Positions 28,219-42,462 of a stretch of DNA of 64,000 nt are shown here, in pieces. Where the stretch lies: positions 223 through 64,222 of the forward strand of contig JAKFEA010000073.1 in NCBI GenBank assembly GCA_036675905.1. The letters run 5' to 3'. Under the pieces are notes generated by a model. The model was not told where the DNA came from. It saw nothing but the letters and a program-made list of their open reading frames with translations, and did not search any database. Within the stretch, counting starts at the first letter, position 1; each line of letters begins with the position of its first letter. Position numbers and translations under genes: made by a program. The DNA is from Acidovorax sp. Its GTDB lineage: Bacteria; Pseudomonadota; Gammaproteobacteria; Burkholderiales; Burkholderiaceae_C.

Positions 28219-29647
28219 GGTCCAGCGCCTCGGAAGGCGGCTGGGGCCAGGGCCGCTGCGGCTCGCGGATCATCTCGAAGGCGCGCGAGACCTGCAGCAC
28301 GCCGAGGTCGTCGAAGCGCTGGCCGGCGATCTGCAGGCCGATCGGCAATCCGCCCGAGGTGTAGCCGCAGTTGATCGACGAAGCCGGCTGCTCCGACATG
28401 TTGAACGGCACCGTGAACCCGATGTGCTCCAGCGGCCGCAGCGGGTCGTTGGTGGGCGAGGGCAGCTCGGCCGGGAAGGCCGGCACCGGCGAGGTCGGCG
28501 AGATCACGTAGTCGAAGGCGCGGCAGGCATTGACCGCCGCCACGCGCGTTGCATGGAACTGGCTCACGGCCTTGAACACGGCCTCGCCGCCCATGCCGGC
28601 CGCGCTGTCGCCCCATTGCTGGATGTAGGGCAGCACCTTCGCCTTGCGCGCAGGCGGCAGCGTCTTCATGTCCAGGTACGAGCGCATGCGCCAGAAATGG
28701 TCCATGCCGTCCAGCATGCCCTGCGTCATGAAGGGCTGCATGGGCTGCACGATGGCGCCGGCGCGCTCGAACAGTCGCGCGGCGTTCTCGACTGCCGCGC
28801 GCACCTCCGGCAGCACCGCCAGGCCGCAGCCCGCCTCCAGCAGCAAGCCGATGCGCAGGCCCTTGAGGCGTTGCGTGCCGGCCTCCACGTCCTGCCAGCC
28901 GATGTCTTGCCAGGGCAAGTTCATGCAGTCGCGCGCGTCGGCCCCCGAGAGCGCCTGCATGAACAGCGCCGAGTCGGCCACCGTACGCGTCATGGGGCCC
29001 GCAGCCCGGCCCATGTAGGGCGGATCAATCGGGATGCGGCCCAGGCTGGGCTTGAGCGTGAAGATGCCGCACCAGCCGGCCGGCAGGCGCAGCGAGCCGC
29101 CGATGTCGGTGCCCACGTGCAGCGGACCGTAGCCCGCTGCCGCGGCGGCGCCGGCGCCGGCGCTGGAGCCGCCGGGTGTCTTGCTGCGATCCCAGGGATT
29201 GCGCGCCAGCGCATGGAAGCTGGACAGGCCCGAGGACAGCATGCCGTAGTCGGGCATGGTGGTCTTGGCCACCAGCACGCCGCCGCTCTCGCGCACGCGC
29301 GCGGCCGGCGGAGCGTCGGCGGACGCCGGCACCAGTTCCACCGCCGCCGTACCCAGCGGCGTCGGATCGCCCTCGGTCGCGATGTTGTCCTTCAGCGTGA
29401 GCGGCACGCCGTCGATCGGGCCCAGCGGCGCGCCGCGGCGCCAGCGCTCTTCGCTGGCGCGCGCCTGCTCCAGCGCGCGTTCGGGCCGCAGCAGGTACAG
29501 CGCGTGCAGGTGCCTCTCCCAGCGCTCGATGTGGCCGAGCACGGAGCGGGTGGCTTCCACCGGGGAGAATTCGCCCCGGCGGTACCCCTCTACGAGTTCG
29601 GTTGCGGGGAGTTCATGCAGCGCATGGCCTGGTGACTGCTTCGACAT
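28208..29647 (-). CDS. Amidase-signature family enzyme
   Basis: LKDN, GGSSAGA and GTDIGGSLRLPA (Ser-cisSer-Lys triad). Confidence 0.93.
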   Translation of the reverse strand: MSKQSPGHALHELPATELVEGYRRGEFSPVEATRSVLGHIERWERHLHALYLLRPERALEQARASEERWRRGAPLGPIDGVPLTLKDNIATEGDPTPLGTAAVELVPASADAPPAARVRESGGVLVAKTTMPDYGMLSSGLSSFHALARNPWDRSKTPGGSSAGAGAAAAAGYGPLHVGTDIGGSLRLPAGWCGIFTLKPSLGRIPIDPPYMGRAAGPMTRTVADSALFMQALSGADARDCMNLPWQDIGWQDVEAGTQRLKGLRIGLLLEAGCGLAVLPEVRAAVENAARLFERAGAIVQPMQPFMTQGMLDGMDHFWRMRSYLDMKTLPPARKAKVLPYIQQWGDSAAGMGGEAVFKAVSQFHATRVAAVNACRAFDYVISPTSPVPAFPAELPSPTNDPLRPLEHIGFTVPFNMSEQPASSINCGYTSGGLPIGLQIAGQRFDDLGVLQVSRAFEMIREPQRPWPQPPSEALDHVD

Positions 29648-29659
29648 GCGCCGGCCCCA

Positions 29660-31156
29660 TCACGCCTTGGACATGGACGACAGGTCGTTGCAGAAGATCG
29701 GCATGTCCTTCCACAGGCCCTTCACGTCCTTGCTGGCCACGGTGACCCACTGCGGCTGGTACAGGAAGGCCATGGGCGCGTCTTCGGCGACCAGCCGCTG
29801 GATGTCGCCCAGCAGCTTCATGCGGTCCTTGGCGTTGCCAGTGGTCTTGTACTTGGTGTACAGCTCGTTGAACTTGGGCGACTCGTAGTTCCAGTAGTAG
29901 TTGGGCCGCGCGAAGTTGCCCAGGTCGAAGGGTTCGACGTGGGAAATGATGGTCATGTCGTAGTTGTGCGCGCCGCCATAGACGTTGGACAGCCACTGCG
30001 CCCACTCGACGTTCTGCAGCTTGGCGTTGATGCCGATCTTGGACAGCTGCGAGGCGATCACCTCGCCGCCCTGGCGCGAATAGGGCGGCGGCGGCAGCGT
30101 GATCGTGACCTCGATCGGCCCGCTCACGCCGGCTTCCTTCATCAGGGCGCGGGCCTTGTCGGGGTTGTAGGAGTTGACGCTGGTCAGGTCCACGTAGCCG
30201 GGTGCGCTGGGCGGGTAGTAGCTGCCGATCGGCACGCCGTAGCCGTCGCCGGCGCCCTGGATCACCGCCTTGCGGTCGATGGCCATGTTCACCGCGCGGC
30301 GCACGCGCACGTCGTCGAAGGGCTTCTTCTTGTTGTTGATGGCCATGATGGTCTTGGCGCGCGAGCCCGACACCACGACCTGGAAGCGCGGGTTGCCCTT
30401 GAACTGCCCGACGCTGCGCGGCGTCACGCGCGGGAAGGCGTCGACGTCGCCGGCGAGCAGCGCGGCGACCTGCGCGGCGGGGTCGGCGATGAAGCGGAAG
30501 GTGGCGCGCTTGAGCTTGACGTTGGCCGCGTTGCGATGGCCGTCCCACTTGGCCAGCGTGACCGAGGAACCCTTGACCCAGTTCTCCAGCTTGTAGGGGC
30601 CGGTGCCGGTGGGCTTGGTGGCATTGGTGTCGGCGCTCTTGGGCTCGACGATGATGGCCGTGGCCTGCCCCATGAGGAAGGGGAAGTCGGGGTCGATCTC
30701 CTTGGTCAGGATCACCACCGTGCTGTCGTCGACCACGCGCGTGGTGAGGTTGGCGAAGGTGCGCTTGTCCTTGTTGGTGCTCTTCTCGCCGCCGGCGCGG
30801 TCGAACGAGAACTTCACCGCCTGCGCATTGAACGGCTCGCCGTTGTGGAACTTCACGCCCTTGCGCAGCTTGAAGGTGTAGGTGGTCAGGTCGGGCGAGA
30901 CCTCCCAGCTCTCGGCCAGCAGCGGGGTGACGCTGCCGTCCGGATGGATCTTGGTGAGCGTCTCGTAGATGTTGTACAGCGTGACTTCCGCGATCGAGGA
31001 GGCGGCGCCGCCGGTGGGGTCCAGGCCCGGGCTGGGCTCCAGCGCCATGGCCAGCACGATCGAGTCCTTGCGGCCCTGGGCCAGCGCGAGTTCGGGCAGC
31101 GCCAGCGGCAGGCTCGCCAGTGCGGCGGAGGAAAGGACGGTCCGTCGATTCAGCAT
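29660..31156 (-). CDS. ABC transporter substrate-binding protein, family 5 (Dpp/Opp-like)
   Basis: Tat leader MLNRRTVL, PLLAESWEVS, FKLRKGVKFHNG and GTGPY. Confidence 0.93.
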   Translation of the reverse strand: MLNRRTVLSSAALASLPLALPELALAQGRKDSIVLAMALEPSPGLDPTGGAASSIAEVTLYNIYETLTKIHPDGSVTPLLAESWEVSPDLTTYTFKLRKGVKFHNGEPFNAQAVKFSFDRAGGEKSTNKDKRTFANLTTRVVDDSTVVILTKEIDPDFPFLMGQATAIIVEPKSADTNATKPTGTGPYKLENWVKGSSVTLAKWDGHRNAANVKLKRATFRFIADPAAQVAALLAGDVDAFPRVTPRSVGQFKGNPRFQVVVSGSRAKTIMAINNKKKPFDDVRVRRAVNMAIDRKAVIQGAGDGYGVPIGSYYPPSAPGYVDLTSVNSYNPDKARALMKEAGVSGPIEVTITLPPPPYSRQGGEVIASQLSKIGINAKLQNVEWAQWLSNVYGGAHNYDMTIISHVEPFDLGNFARPNYYWNYESPKFNELYTKYKTTGNAKDRMKLLGDIQRLVAEDAPMAFLYQPQWVTVASKDVKGLWKDMPIFCNDLSSMSKA

Positions 31157-31260
31157 GTTTGTTCTCCAGGGAAGTTCACGAAACGAAGGCGGGCCGATGC
31201 CCACTGCAGAGTGCGAAGCATCATCCCCGACATTCTCGCGGCAAGGCAAGAGGGATTTGC

Positions 31261-32078
<818 letters not shown>

Positions 32079-32082
<4 letters not shown>

Positions 32083-33095
32083 TCGACGGGTTCCTTTTCG
32101 GCTGCAGCAGCGGCCGCGGCCTTGTCGGCCGCCACGGCGTCCAGGCGGATGCAGCGGGCATGCTGCCCCGGTCCGACGTCGTAAGGCGGTGGCACGGTGA
32201 CGTGGCACTCGGGGCGGGTCCAGGCGCAGCGACCCGCGAAGGGGCAGCCGCCCGGCAGGTCGACCAGTTCGGGCACCGTGCCGGGAATGGTGACCAGCCG
32301 GGCCCCGCGCGCCCCGCCCAGCCGGGGACGCGCGCCGAACAGCCCCAGCGTGTACGGGTGCGATGGGTTGGCGAACACCTGCGAGGTGGCGCCGCTTTCC
32401 ACCACCGAGCCGCCATACATCACCATCATGCGCGAGACGTTCTGCGCCACCACGCCGAGGTCGTGCGAGATCAGGATCATGGCCATCCCGCGCTCGGCCA
32501 CCAGTTCGCGGATCAGGTCCAGGATCTGCTGCTGGATGGTGACGTCCAGCGCCGTGGTGGGCTCGTCGGCGATCAGCAGGTCGGGGCCGCAGGCCAGCGC
32601 CATCGCGATGGTGATGCGCTGGCGCTGGCCGCCGGAAAACTGGTGCGGGTAGGCGTCGATGCGGCGCGCCGCGTCCGGAATGCCCACCCGGTCGAGCAGG
32701 GCGATCGCCTCCTTGCGGGCGGCGGACGCCGACAGGCCGCGGTGCAGCCGCAGCGGCTCGGCCACCTGGCGGCCGATGGCGTGCACCGGATTCAGCGCCG
32801 TCATCGGCTCCTGGAAGATCATGCCGATGCGGTCGCCGCGCAGGGCGCACAGCTGGCGCTCGGGCAGGCCGACCAGCTCGCGGCCCTCGAAGCGGATGCT
32901 GCCGGTGACCTTCGACTGTTCGGGCAACAGCCCCATCAGCGACATCGCGGTGATCGACTTGCCGCAGCCGGACTCGCCCACCAGGCCTATGGTCTGGCCG
33001 CGCTCGAGCGTGAAGCTCACTTCGCGCACCGCGCGGGCCGGTCCGCGCTGCGTTTGCAGCACCACCGTGAGGTCCTTGACTTCCAGCAGGGCCAT
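32079..33095 (-). CDS. Peptide/nickel ABC transporter ATP-binding protein (DppD-like)
   Basis: [20 protein letters not shown] and C-terminal Cys cluster. Confidence 0.93.
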
Positions 33096-33101
33096 GGCGG
33101 G

Positions 33102-33973
33102 TCAGCGCTTGCGCGCGAGGCGGGGGTCGAACAGGTCGCGCAGCCCGTCGCCCAGCAGGTTCAGGCCCATCACCGCGAGGGCGATGGCGACGCCGGGAAA
33201 GACGGCGAGCAGCGGCGACTGGAACATCAGGGTCTGCGCTTCGCTGAGCATGCGGCCCCACGACGGCTGCGGCGGCTGCGTGCCCAGGCCCAGGTAGGAC
33301 AGCGCCGCCTCGGCCAGGATGGCGATGGCGAAGCGGATGGTGGCCTGCACGATCAGCACCGACAGGATGTTGGGCAGCACGTGCTCGACGGTGATGCTGA
33401 AGGCGCCCTTGCCGCAGGCCCGCGCCGCCAGCACGAACTCGCGCGCCCAGGTGGCGTTGGCCGAAGCGCGGGTGATGCGCGCGAAGGTCGGGATGTTGTA
33501 GATGCCGATGGCGATGATCGCGTTCACCATGCCGGGGCCGAACACCGCCGTCAGCATGATGGCCGACAGGATCGCCGGGAAGGCGAAGCCGAAGTCGGCC
33601 AGCCGCATGATGATTTCCTCGGTCCAGCCGCGCTTGGCCGAGGCGAGCAGGCCCAATGAGGTGCCGATGACCAGGCCGATGCCCACGGCGATGACGCCCA
33701 CCACGATGGAGGCGCGCGCCCCCACCAGCAGCAAGGACAGCAGGTCGCGCCCGTAGGGGTCGGTGCCCAGCCAGTAGGTGGGCCCGGGCGGCAGCAGCTT
33801 GGCCGACATGTCCACGTCGTACGGAGAATGCGGCGTCCACACCAGCGACAGCGATGCCGCCAGCAGCAGCAGCACGCTGAGCACGGCGCCGATCACGAAG
33901 CTGCGGTGGCGCAGGGCGCGGCGCCAGAAGCCCTGGCCGGCCGCGGCCGGCGCGGCGACGATGGGGACGGCGC

Positions 33974-33977
<4 letters not shown>
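33102..33977 (-). CDS. ABC transporter permease (DppC-like)
   Basis: WLGTDPYGRD, EFVLAARACG and LSYLGLG. Confidence 0.92.
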
Positions 33978-35763
<1,786 letters not shown>

Positions 35764-35798
35764 CGTCTCCTCCCTCGAAGGTGGCCCGCAGGTCTGGT

Positions 35799-36410
35799 TC
35801 AGCCTGCTTCGGGCGGGCGCGGCGGCTTGGGCCGCGGTGGTTTGCTGGTGTGCACGACCTGCGTGGCCTTGTCCATTTCGCCGGACAGCAGCAAGGGCGC
35901 CGCCTTGAGCGTGCGGTCTATGCACTCCAGGATGGCTTCGCGCTGGTCGGGGGCCGGCTTGCGCAGCACCCAGTCGACCACCTCGGACTTCACGCCGGGG
36001 TGGCCGATGCCCAGGCGCAGGCGCCAGTAGTCGCCCGTGCCGAGCTGGGCATGGATGTCGCGCAGCCCGTTGTGGCCGGCATGGCTGCCGCCGAGCTTGA
36101 GCCTGGCCTGGCCGGGCACCACGTCCAGCTCGTCGTGCACCACCAGGATTTCCTGCGGCGCGATCTTGAAGAAGCGCGCCAGTGCCGCGACCGACCTGCC
36201 CGAGAGGTTCATGTAGGTCTGCGGCTCGAGCAGCCAAACGGCCTGGCCGCCCACGTTGCCGCGCGCGACCAGGCCGTGGTAGCCCTTGTCGGGCGAGAGC
36301 TGCAGCTTGAGCTCTCGCGCCAGCGCGTCCACCCACCAGAAGCCGGCGTTGTGCCGCGTGCCCTCGTACTCGGGGCCCGGGTTGCCCAGGCCGACGAACA
36401 GCTTGATCAT
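35799..36410 (-). CDS. pth: Peptidyl-tRNA hydrolase
   Basis: [21 protein letters not shown] and GHNGLRDI. Confidence 0.97.
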   Translation of the reverse strand: MIKLFVGLGNPGPEYEGTRHNAGFWWVDALARELKLQLSPDKGYHGLVARGNVGGQAVWLLEPQTYMNLSGRSVAALARFFKIAPQEILVVHDELDVVPGQARLKLGGSHAGHNGLRDIHAQLGTGDYWRLRLGIGHPGVKSEVVDWVLRKPAPDQREAILECIDRTLKAAPLLLSGEMDKATQVVHTSKPPRPKPPRPPEAG

Positions 36411-36450
36411 CGGTCGATGGTAAGGGCAACGGCCGCGGCGGCCGCCCATG

Positions 36451-36474
36451 AAAAAGCCCGCCGAAGCGGGCCTT
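36451..36474 (-). terminator. Terminator downstream of rplY
   Basis: Minus strand GCCCGC-TTCG-GCGGGC followed by TTTTT. Confidence 0.8.
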
Positions 36475-36494
36475 GTTCCCCCAGGGTGAGGGGC

Positions 36495-37166
36495 TTACTT
36501 CTTGCCCTTGGCTTCCTTGGCCGCCGGCTTGGCCGCCGGCTTGGCTTCGGCCGCCGGCGCAGCCGCCGCGGCGGCGGGGGCTTCGCCCTCGGCAGCCGAT
36601 TCCTCGGCGACGGTGGCCACCACCGAAACCAGCACCGGGTCCTTCTTGCCGCGCGTGATGGCGCTCACGCCCTTGGGCAGCGTGATGTCGCTCAGGTGCA
36701 GCGACATGCCCTTCTTCAGGCCGGACAGGTCCACCTCGACGAACTCGGGCAGGTCGCCGGGGAAGCAGGCGATCTCCAGTTCGGAGATCACGTGGTTGAC
36801 CACGCAGTGCTCCAGCTTGACGGCCTGCGATTCCTCGGCCTTGACGTAGTGCACCGGCACCTTCATGTGCAGGCGGGTGCGCGCGTCCACTCGCTGGAAG
36901 TCGGCGTGCTGCACCAGCTGCTTGAACGGGTGCATCTGCACGTCGCGCAGCAGCACCTTGCTGGTCTTGCCGCCCAGCTCCATCTCCAGGATGGTGGAGT
37001 GGAAGGCCTCCTTCTTGAGGGCGTGCCACAGTGCGTTGTGGTCCAGCTCGATCAGCTGGGGCTGGCCCTCGCCACCGTAGACGATGCCGGGCGTGCGGCC
37101 CGTATTGCGCAGACGGCGGCTCGCACCCGTTCCCTGCTTGGCGCGCTCGAAAGCGACGAATTTCAT
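36495..37166 (-). CDS. rplY: 50S ribosomal protein L25 (Ctc type)
   Basis: [16 protein letters not shown] and HADFQRV; long Ctc C-terminus. Confidence 0.96.
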   Translation of the reverse strand: MKFVAFERAKQGTGASRRLRNTGRTPGIVYGGEGQPQLIELDHNALWHALKKEAFHSTILEMELGGKTSKVLLRDVQMHPFKQLVQHADFQRVDARTRLHMKVPVHYVKAEESQAVKLEHCVVNHVISELEIACFPGDLPEFVEVDLSGLKKGMSLHLSDITLPKGVSAITRGKKDPVLVSVVATVAEESAAEGEAPAAAAAAPAAEAKPAAKPAAKEAKGKK

Positions 37167-37184
37167 GATCAGCTCCGTGTTGTA

Positions 37185-37209
37185 AAGCCCACCGCGACCA
37201 GTGTGGCTC
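37185..37209 (-). promoter_or_regulatory. L25-leader-like hairpin
   Basis: Minus strand AGCCACAC-TGGTCGCG-GTGGGCT about 20 nt before the rplY ATG; GGTCGC loop recalled from rplY leaders. Confidence 0.55.
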
Positions 37210-37254
37210 CGGGTTGTGGCGAGACCGGCCCCATGCCGGCCTCCGCCGGATGCC

Positions 37255-38232
37255 TCAGAACAGGTTTTCCTGTTCCGAGAACAGACTCATGACCGAATCG
37301 CCCTTGGCGATGCGCTGGATCGTCTGGGCGATCAGCGACGCCACGCTCAGCTGGCGGATCTTGCTGCAGCCGCGCGCGGCTTCGGTCAGCGGAATGGTGT
37401 TGGTGACCACCACTTCGTCGAGGGCGGAGCCCTTTTCGATGCGCTCGATGGCGGGCCCCGAGAAGATCGGATGCGTGCAGTACGCGTACACCTTGCGGGC
37501 GCCGCGCTCCTTGAGCACCTCGGCCGCCTTCACCAGCGTGCCGGCGGTGTCGATCATGTCGTCCATGACCACGCAGTTGCGGCCGTCGATCTCGCCGATG
37601 ACGTGCATCACCTCGCTGACGTTGGCGCGCGGGCGGCGCTTGTCGATGATGGCCAGGTCGGTGCCCAGCTGCTTGGCCAGCGCGCGGGCCCGCACCACGC
37701 CGCCGACGTCGGGCGACACCACGATCAGGTTCTCGTAGTTCTTGGTGCGCAGGTCGTGCAGCAGCACCGGCGAGGCGTAGATGTTGTCGACCGGGATGTC
37801 GAAGAAGCCCTGGATCTGGTCGGCGTGCAGGTCCATGGTGAGCACGCGCGAGACGCCCACGGTCTGCAGCAGGTTGGCCACCACCTTGGCCGAGATCGGC
37901 ACGCGCGAGGAGCGCGGACGGCGGTCCTGGCGGGCGTAGCCGAAGTAGGGAATCACGGCGCTGATCCGCTCGGCCGAGGCGCGCTTGAGCGCGTCGACCA
38001 TGATCAGCAGTTCCATCAAGTTCTCGTTGGTCGGCGCGCAGGTGGACTGCACGACGAACACGTCGCGCGCCCGCACGTTGGTGTTGAGTTCCACCGTGAC
38101 CTCGCCGTCCGAGAAGCGGCCGACGCTGGCGGCGCCCAGCGAGATGCCCAGGTGCTCGGCGACCTCGGCGGCAAGCGCGGGGTTGGCGTTGCCGGTGAAC
38201 ACCATGAAGTCGGGGTGCGGGAGGGCCTGCAT
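37255..38232 (-). CDS. prs: Ribose-phosphate pyrophosphokinase
   Basis: [26 protein letters not shown] and DDMIDTAGT; alternative GTG start at 38262. Confidence 0.97.
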   Translation of the reverse strand: MQALPHPDFMVFTGNANPALAAEVAEHLGISLGAASVGRFSDGEVTVELNTNVRARDVFVVQSTCAPTNENLMELLIMVDALKRASAERISAVIPYFGYARQDRRPRSSRVPISAKVVANLLQTVGVSRVLTMDLHADQIQGFFDIPVDNIYASPVLLHDLRTKNYENLIVVSPDVGGVVRARALAKQLGTDLAIIDKRRPRANVSEVMHVIGEIDGRNCVVMDDMIDTAGTLVKAAEVLKERGARKVYAYCTHPIFSGPAIERIEKGSALDEVVVTNTIPLTEAARGCSKIRQLSVASLIAQTIQRIAKGDSVMSLFSEQENLF

Positions 38233-38335
38233 GGGCGGAGCGGATTGAGGGGCGTCAGACACCGGTTTTCTCGTCGATCGGCCCGGGCCTCACATGACCC
38301 GGAGCCCAAAAAAATGCTGCGGCCCCGAAAGGGTT

Positions 38336-38412
38336 TGGCAGGGGAGGAAGGACTCGAACCCTCGCATGCCGGAATCAAAATCCGGTGCCTTGACCAACTT
38401 GGCGACTCCCCT
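38336..38412 (-). tRNA. tRNA-Gln(TTG)
   Basis: AGGGGAGTCGCCAAGTTGGTCAAGGCACCGGATTTTGATTCCGG...GTTCGAGTCC...CCA; usual ispE-tRNA-Gln-prs position. Confidence 0.96.
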
Positions 38413-39292
38413 ACACGGGTCGGCCGCTGCAATCAGCGGCCACCGATGACTCATCGCTGGAGGTCCACCGTGCCAGCGGATGGACTTCCATGTTGCTGCA
38501 CTCCCGCACCAGCCAGCCTGTGGGCGCCGGCGGGACCTTGTGGCCCGGCGGCAGCGGCGCGAACACCGCGCTGCCCGAGCCTGTCATCCGCCCGGCCAGC
38601 CCCTGCGAGGCCAGCCATTCCAGCGCCTGGCCCACTTCGGGGCAAAGCCGCTGGGCCACGGGCTGCAGGTCGTTGCGACCGAACTGCAGCGGGTTTGCAG
38701 CAAAGCCCGAGATTATAGCAGCGCCGCTGTCGCGACGAAGGTCGGGCGCGCGAAAGATCGCGGCGGTCTCGAGGCCGGCCGGCGGCTTGACGACCAGGAA
38801 GTGGGCGGCCGGCACCGGCACCGTCGCGATGCGCTCGCCGATGCCTTCGACCCAGGCGTTGTGGCCGTGCAGGAAGAAGGGCACGTCGGCACCCAGCGCC
38901 AGGCCGATGCTGGCCAGCTCGGTCGCGCCCAGTCCGGTATGCCACAGGCGGTTCAGGGCGAGCAGGCAGGAGGCCGCATCCGAAGAGCCGCCCCCCATGC
39001 CGGCCTGCGAAGGCAGGCGCTTGTCCAGGGTGATGTGAGCGCCTTCGCGACAACCGGTCGCCGCCTGCAGGGCCCGGGCGGCCCGCAGGACCAGGTCGTC
39101 GTCGGGGACGGGATTGCCGATGTCCTCGCGGCTGAGCGCGGCGTCCGGCCGGCGCTCGAAGTGCAGCGTGTCGTGCCAGTCCAGCAGCATGAACACCGAC
39201 TGCAGCAGGTGGTAGCCGTCCTCGCGGCGGCCTACCACGTGCAGGAACAGGTTGAGCTTGGCCGGCGCCGGCACGTCGTGGAGCGCGCGCAT
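38411..39292 (-). CDS. ispE: 4-diphosphocytidyl-2-C-methyl-D-erythritol kinase
   Basis: PAPAKLNLFL, GMGGGSSDAA, GADVPFF and MTGSGSAVF. Confidence 0.96.
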   Translation of the reverse strand: MRALHDVPAPAKLNLFLHVVGRREDGYHLLQSVFMLLDWHDTLHFERRPDAALSREDIGNPVPDDDLVLRAARALQAATGCREGAHITLDKRLPSQAGMGGGSSDAASCLLALNRLWHTGLGATELASIGLALGADVPFFLHGHNAWVEGIGERIATVPVPAAHFLVVKPPAGLETAAIFRAPDLRRDSGAAIISGFAANPLQFGRNDLQPVAQRLCPEVGQALEWLASQGLAGRMTGSGSAVFAPLPPGHKVPPAPTGWLVRECSNMEVHPLARWTSSDESSVAADCSGRPV

Positions 39293-39295
39293 GGC

Positions 39296-39799
39296 TCAGT
39301 GGTCGAGAACGATCCGCAGGTCCGCCCCGGGCGGCGGCTCCAGCCGGCGGGCGCGCAGGCGCCCTTCGGTCAACTGCGAGAGGTCGGGCTCCCAGCCGGG
39401 CACCGGCGTTGCGATGCCGGCCAGCCAGTCGAACAGCGCGGCGACGGGCAATGCGGCGCCGGTGGCCTGCTCGAGCATGGCTTCGATGGAGGCGTAGCCC
39501 TGGGGTGGCTGGCCGGGCCTTCGCAGGACTGCGCGGTCCGGCTCCCAGCGCAGCACGGCGATGGTGCCGCCCAGCGGGTTGAGCAGGGTGAGTTCGCCGA
39601 CTTGGGGCCGGCCACGCAACTCGAAAGCGGCGGAAAACGACTGGCCGGGCTGGCCGTCCACCGAGAGTGCCAGGCGGCCGCTGTGCGTTTCACTGGCCTG
39701 CCAAGCGGAGTCGGCGGCACGCGGCACCTGCGCGCAGCCAGCCAGCAGCGCGAGCGCCGCCGCCGGCGCGAGCGCAGCCAGGCGCGGCGCACCGGTCAT
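39296..39799 (-). CDS. lolB: Outer-membrane lipoprotein LolB
   Basis: LAGC lipobox, SGRLAL and [10 protein letters not shown]; sits between the TPR gene and ispE. Confidence 0.85.
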   Translation of the reverse strand: MTGAPRLAALAPAAALALLAGCAQVPRAADSAWQASETHSGRLALSVDGQPGQSFSAAFELRGRPQVGELTLLNPLGGTIAVLRWEPDRAVLRRPGQPPQGYASIEAMLEQATGAALPVAALFDWLAGIATPVPGWEPDLSQLTEGRLRARRLEPPPGADLRIVLDH

Positions 39800-41562
39800 G
39801 GATGGACGCCCAGCCGCTTGATCGTCTGCTGCAGCGTTTCGTTGTCGCGGTTGAGCAGCAGGCCCTCGCGCCAGATTCCCTGGGCCTTGTCGCGCTGGCC
39901 CAGGCTCCAGAGCACTTCGCCCAGGTGGGCGGCGATCTCGGCGTCGGGCCGGTCCTTGTAGGCGGCTTCGAGGATGCGCAGCGCCTCGGCCCGGTTGCCC
40001 ATGCGGAATTCGACCCAGCCCAGGCTGTCGCTGATGTAGGGGTCGCCGGGCGCGAATTCGAGCGCCTTGCGGATCAGCTGCCGCGCCTCGGGCAGCCGCA
40101 CGCCGCGATCGGCGAGCGAATAGCCCAGGGCGTTGTACGCGTGGTGGTAGTCAGGCTTCGCTGCGATGACCTGGCGCAGCAGCCGCTCCATGTCGCCCAG
40201 CCTGTCCATCTTCTCGGCCAGCATGGCCTGGTCGTACAGCAGGTCGGAGTCGCCCGGGTCCTTCGCCACCGCTTTTTCCAGCAGGTCGTAGGCGGCCTTG
40301 TAGCGTTTCTGCTCGCGCAGCAACTGCACTTCGGCGGTCAGCTTGGCCCGCGCTTGCGCCGGTGTGCGCTCGGGCAGTGCGTGGATCAGCTTGCGCGCGT
40401 CGTCCAGGCGGCCCTGCTGGGCCAGGATGGAAGCGCGCCGGCTTTGGGCGGCCACCAGTTCCTGCGAGTTGTCGATGCGGTCCAGCCAGGCGTTCGCAGC
40501 CGCGAAGTCACGCCGCTTCTCGGCGATCTGCGACAGGGCGAGGTAGGCCTGCGCCAGGCCGCGGCTGCGCTCGGCGGCGGAACCCTGGGCCTGCGCCAGT
40601 TCCACATACCTCTTGAGCGAGGCTTCGGCGTCGGCGAACCGGTTTTCCTGCACCTGCAAGGTGCCCAGTGCCAGCCAGCCCTGGGCCAGCTCCGGTTTTT
40701 CGCGGGTCACCACCTGCAACTGCTGCGTGGCCTCGGTGTAGCGCTGCGAATCGATCAGGGCGCGTGCGTAGCCCATGCGCAACTCGGGCAGCGGACGACC
40801 CTGCAGGTACTTGCGGACGATGGGCTCGGCCTGTGGCAGGCGCGGGTCCATCAACTCGAGCGCCAGCAGCACCGGGCTCTCGGACTGCGGGTCCGCGGTC
40901 TGGCCACGCTGGGCGGCGTCGAGCGCACCCGCGTTGTCGGCCGCCGCCAGGCGCAGCCGCCCGATCGTCGTCCAGGCCACGGCAGCAGTCGCCGGATCGG
41001 ACAACTGCTCCTGCAGTGCCTGCTCCACCAGGGTCGCCGCCTGCTTCTTGTCGCTGACGCGGGCAAACAGGCGCGGAATGGCCGTGAGCACCGCGGCGCG
41101 GTCGCGCTCGCCTGCGAGCGCCAGCTCCGTTCGCAGCGGTTCCATGGCCTCGGGCACGCGGTTGAGCGCCAGCAGGATCTGCAGGACATAGCGGTTGGCG
41201 TCCCGCGAGCCCGGATGCGCCTGCTTCCAGGCGCGCGCCGCTTGCAGCGCGGCATCGCCCGCGCGGCTCTGGAACGCCATCTCCACGGCGCGCTGGTACA
41301 GGGCCGGGTCGTTGGTCTTGCGCGCGGCATCCAGCATCAGGGAGAACGCCGCCGCCGGCTCCTCGCCGCGCGCGTTCAGCTCGCTGAGCAGCAACTGGTA
41401 GAACAGCTCGGCGTCGAGGGGGCTGGTGACGGGGTCGGATTGGGACGCGGCGGGGCTGGGGGCGGACGCCCCGGGCATGATCGGCCCGGGCTGTGCGCAG
41501 CCAGCCTGGGCCAACGCGATGAGGAAGAGCGCGCCCCAAGCCAGGCGAGAGCTGCGGTTCAT
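39796..41562 (-). CDS. TPR-repeat lipoprotein
   Basis: Lipobox-like QAGC, many TPRs, [10 protein letters not shown] and DSLGWV. Confidence 0.88.
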   Translation of the reverse strand: MNRSSRLAWGALFLIALAQAGCAQPGPIMPGASAPSPAASQSDPVTSPLDAELFYQLLLSELNARGEEPAAAFSLMLDAARKTNDPALYQRAVEMAFQSRAGDAALQAARAWKQAHPGSRDANRYVLQILLALNRVPEAMEPLRTELALAGERDRAAVLTAIPRLFARVSDKKQAATLVEQALQEQLSDPATAAVAWTTIGRLRLAAADNAGALDAAQRGQTADPQSESPVLLALELMDPRLPQAEPIVRKYLQGRPLPELRMGYARALIDSQRYTEATQQLQVVTREKPELAQGWLALGTLQVQENRFADAEASLKRYVELAQAQGSAAERSRGLAQAYLALSQIAEKRRDFAAANAWLDRIDNSQELVAAQSRRASILAQQGRLDDARKLIHALPERTPAQARAKLTAEVQLLREQKRYKAAYDLLEKAVAKDPGDSDLLYDQAMLAEKMDRLGDMERLLRQVIAAKPDYHHAYNALGYSLADRGVRLPEARQLIRKALEFAPGDPYISDSLGWVEFRMGNRAEALRILEAAYKDRPDAEIAAHLGEVLWSLGQRDKAQGIWREGLLLNRDNETLQQTIKRLGVHP

Positions 41563-41601
41563 CCAAACCATAATAATCCAAGCCCCTTCGCGCGCGCCGC
41601 A

Positions 41602-42414
41602 ATGCCTGAATTACCGGAAGTCGAGGTCACCCGCCTGAGTTTTGCCGACCGCATCGCGGGCGCGCGCATCGAGGCGGTACGGCTGGGCAAGCCGCTGCGC
41701 TGGCCACTGGGCTGCGAGCCGGCCGATCTGGTCGGCCGCACGATCCGCAGCGTGCGCCGCCGCGGCAAGTACCTGCTGGTGGACCTCGACCAGGGCCTGC
41801 TGCTGTTGCACCTGGGCATGTCGGGCAGCCTGCGCTTCGCGCCCGGGCCACCCGAGGCCGGCACGCACGACCACTTCGACCTGGTCACCGACCGCGGCGT
41901 GCTGCGCCTGAACGACCCGCGCCGGTTCGGCGCCGTGGTCCATGTGCCGCGGGAGGAATCGCCCCAGGCCCTCAAGCTGCTGGGCGGCCTGGGCGTCGAG
42001 CCTCTGGACGAAGGCTTCGACCCCGCCGTGTTCCATGCCGCGCTGCGCAAGCGCAAGGCGCCGATCAAGCAGGTGCTGCTGGCCGGCGACCTGGTGGTCG
42101 GGGTTGGCAACATCTATGCGTCGGAGGCCCTGTTCCTGGCCGGCATCCGCCCGACGCTCAGCGCGGCTCGCGTCAGCTTGCCGCGCGCGCGCAAGCTGCA
42201 TGGCGCCATCCGCGACGTGCTGGCGCGCGCGGTGCGGCAAGGGGGCAGCACCTTGCGCGACTTCTCCAATGCCAACGGCGAATCGGGCTACTTCCAGCTC
42301 GAGGCCATGGTGTACGGCCGGGCGGGCCAGCCCTGCCGCGTGTGCGGCACGCCCGTGCGCGCCATTCGCCAGGGCCAGCGTGCCAGCTTCTACTGTCCGG
42401 ACTGCCAGAAGTGA
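41602..42414 (+). CDS. mutM: Formamidopyrimidine-DNA glycosylase
   Basis: [21 protein letters not shown] and C-terminal zinc finger. Confidence 0.97.
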   Translation: MPELPEVEVTRLSFADRIAGARIEAVRLGKPLRWPLGCEPADLVGRTIRSVRRRGKYLLVDLDQGLLLLHLGMSGSLRFAPGPPEAGTHDHFDLVTDRGVLRLNDPRRFGAVVHVPREESPQALKLLGGLGVEPLDEGFDPAVFHAALRKRKAPIKQVLLAGDLVVGVGNIYASEALFLAGIRPTLSAARVSLPRARKLHGAIRDVLARAVRQGGSTLRDFSNANGESGYFQLEAMVYGRAGQPCRVCGTPVRAIRQGQRASFYCPDCQK

Positions 42415-42462
42415 CAGTCACTGCTGAGCCCCGGTGCTATATTCAAGCGACACGGGGGATCA

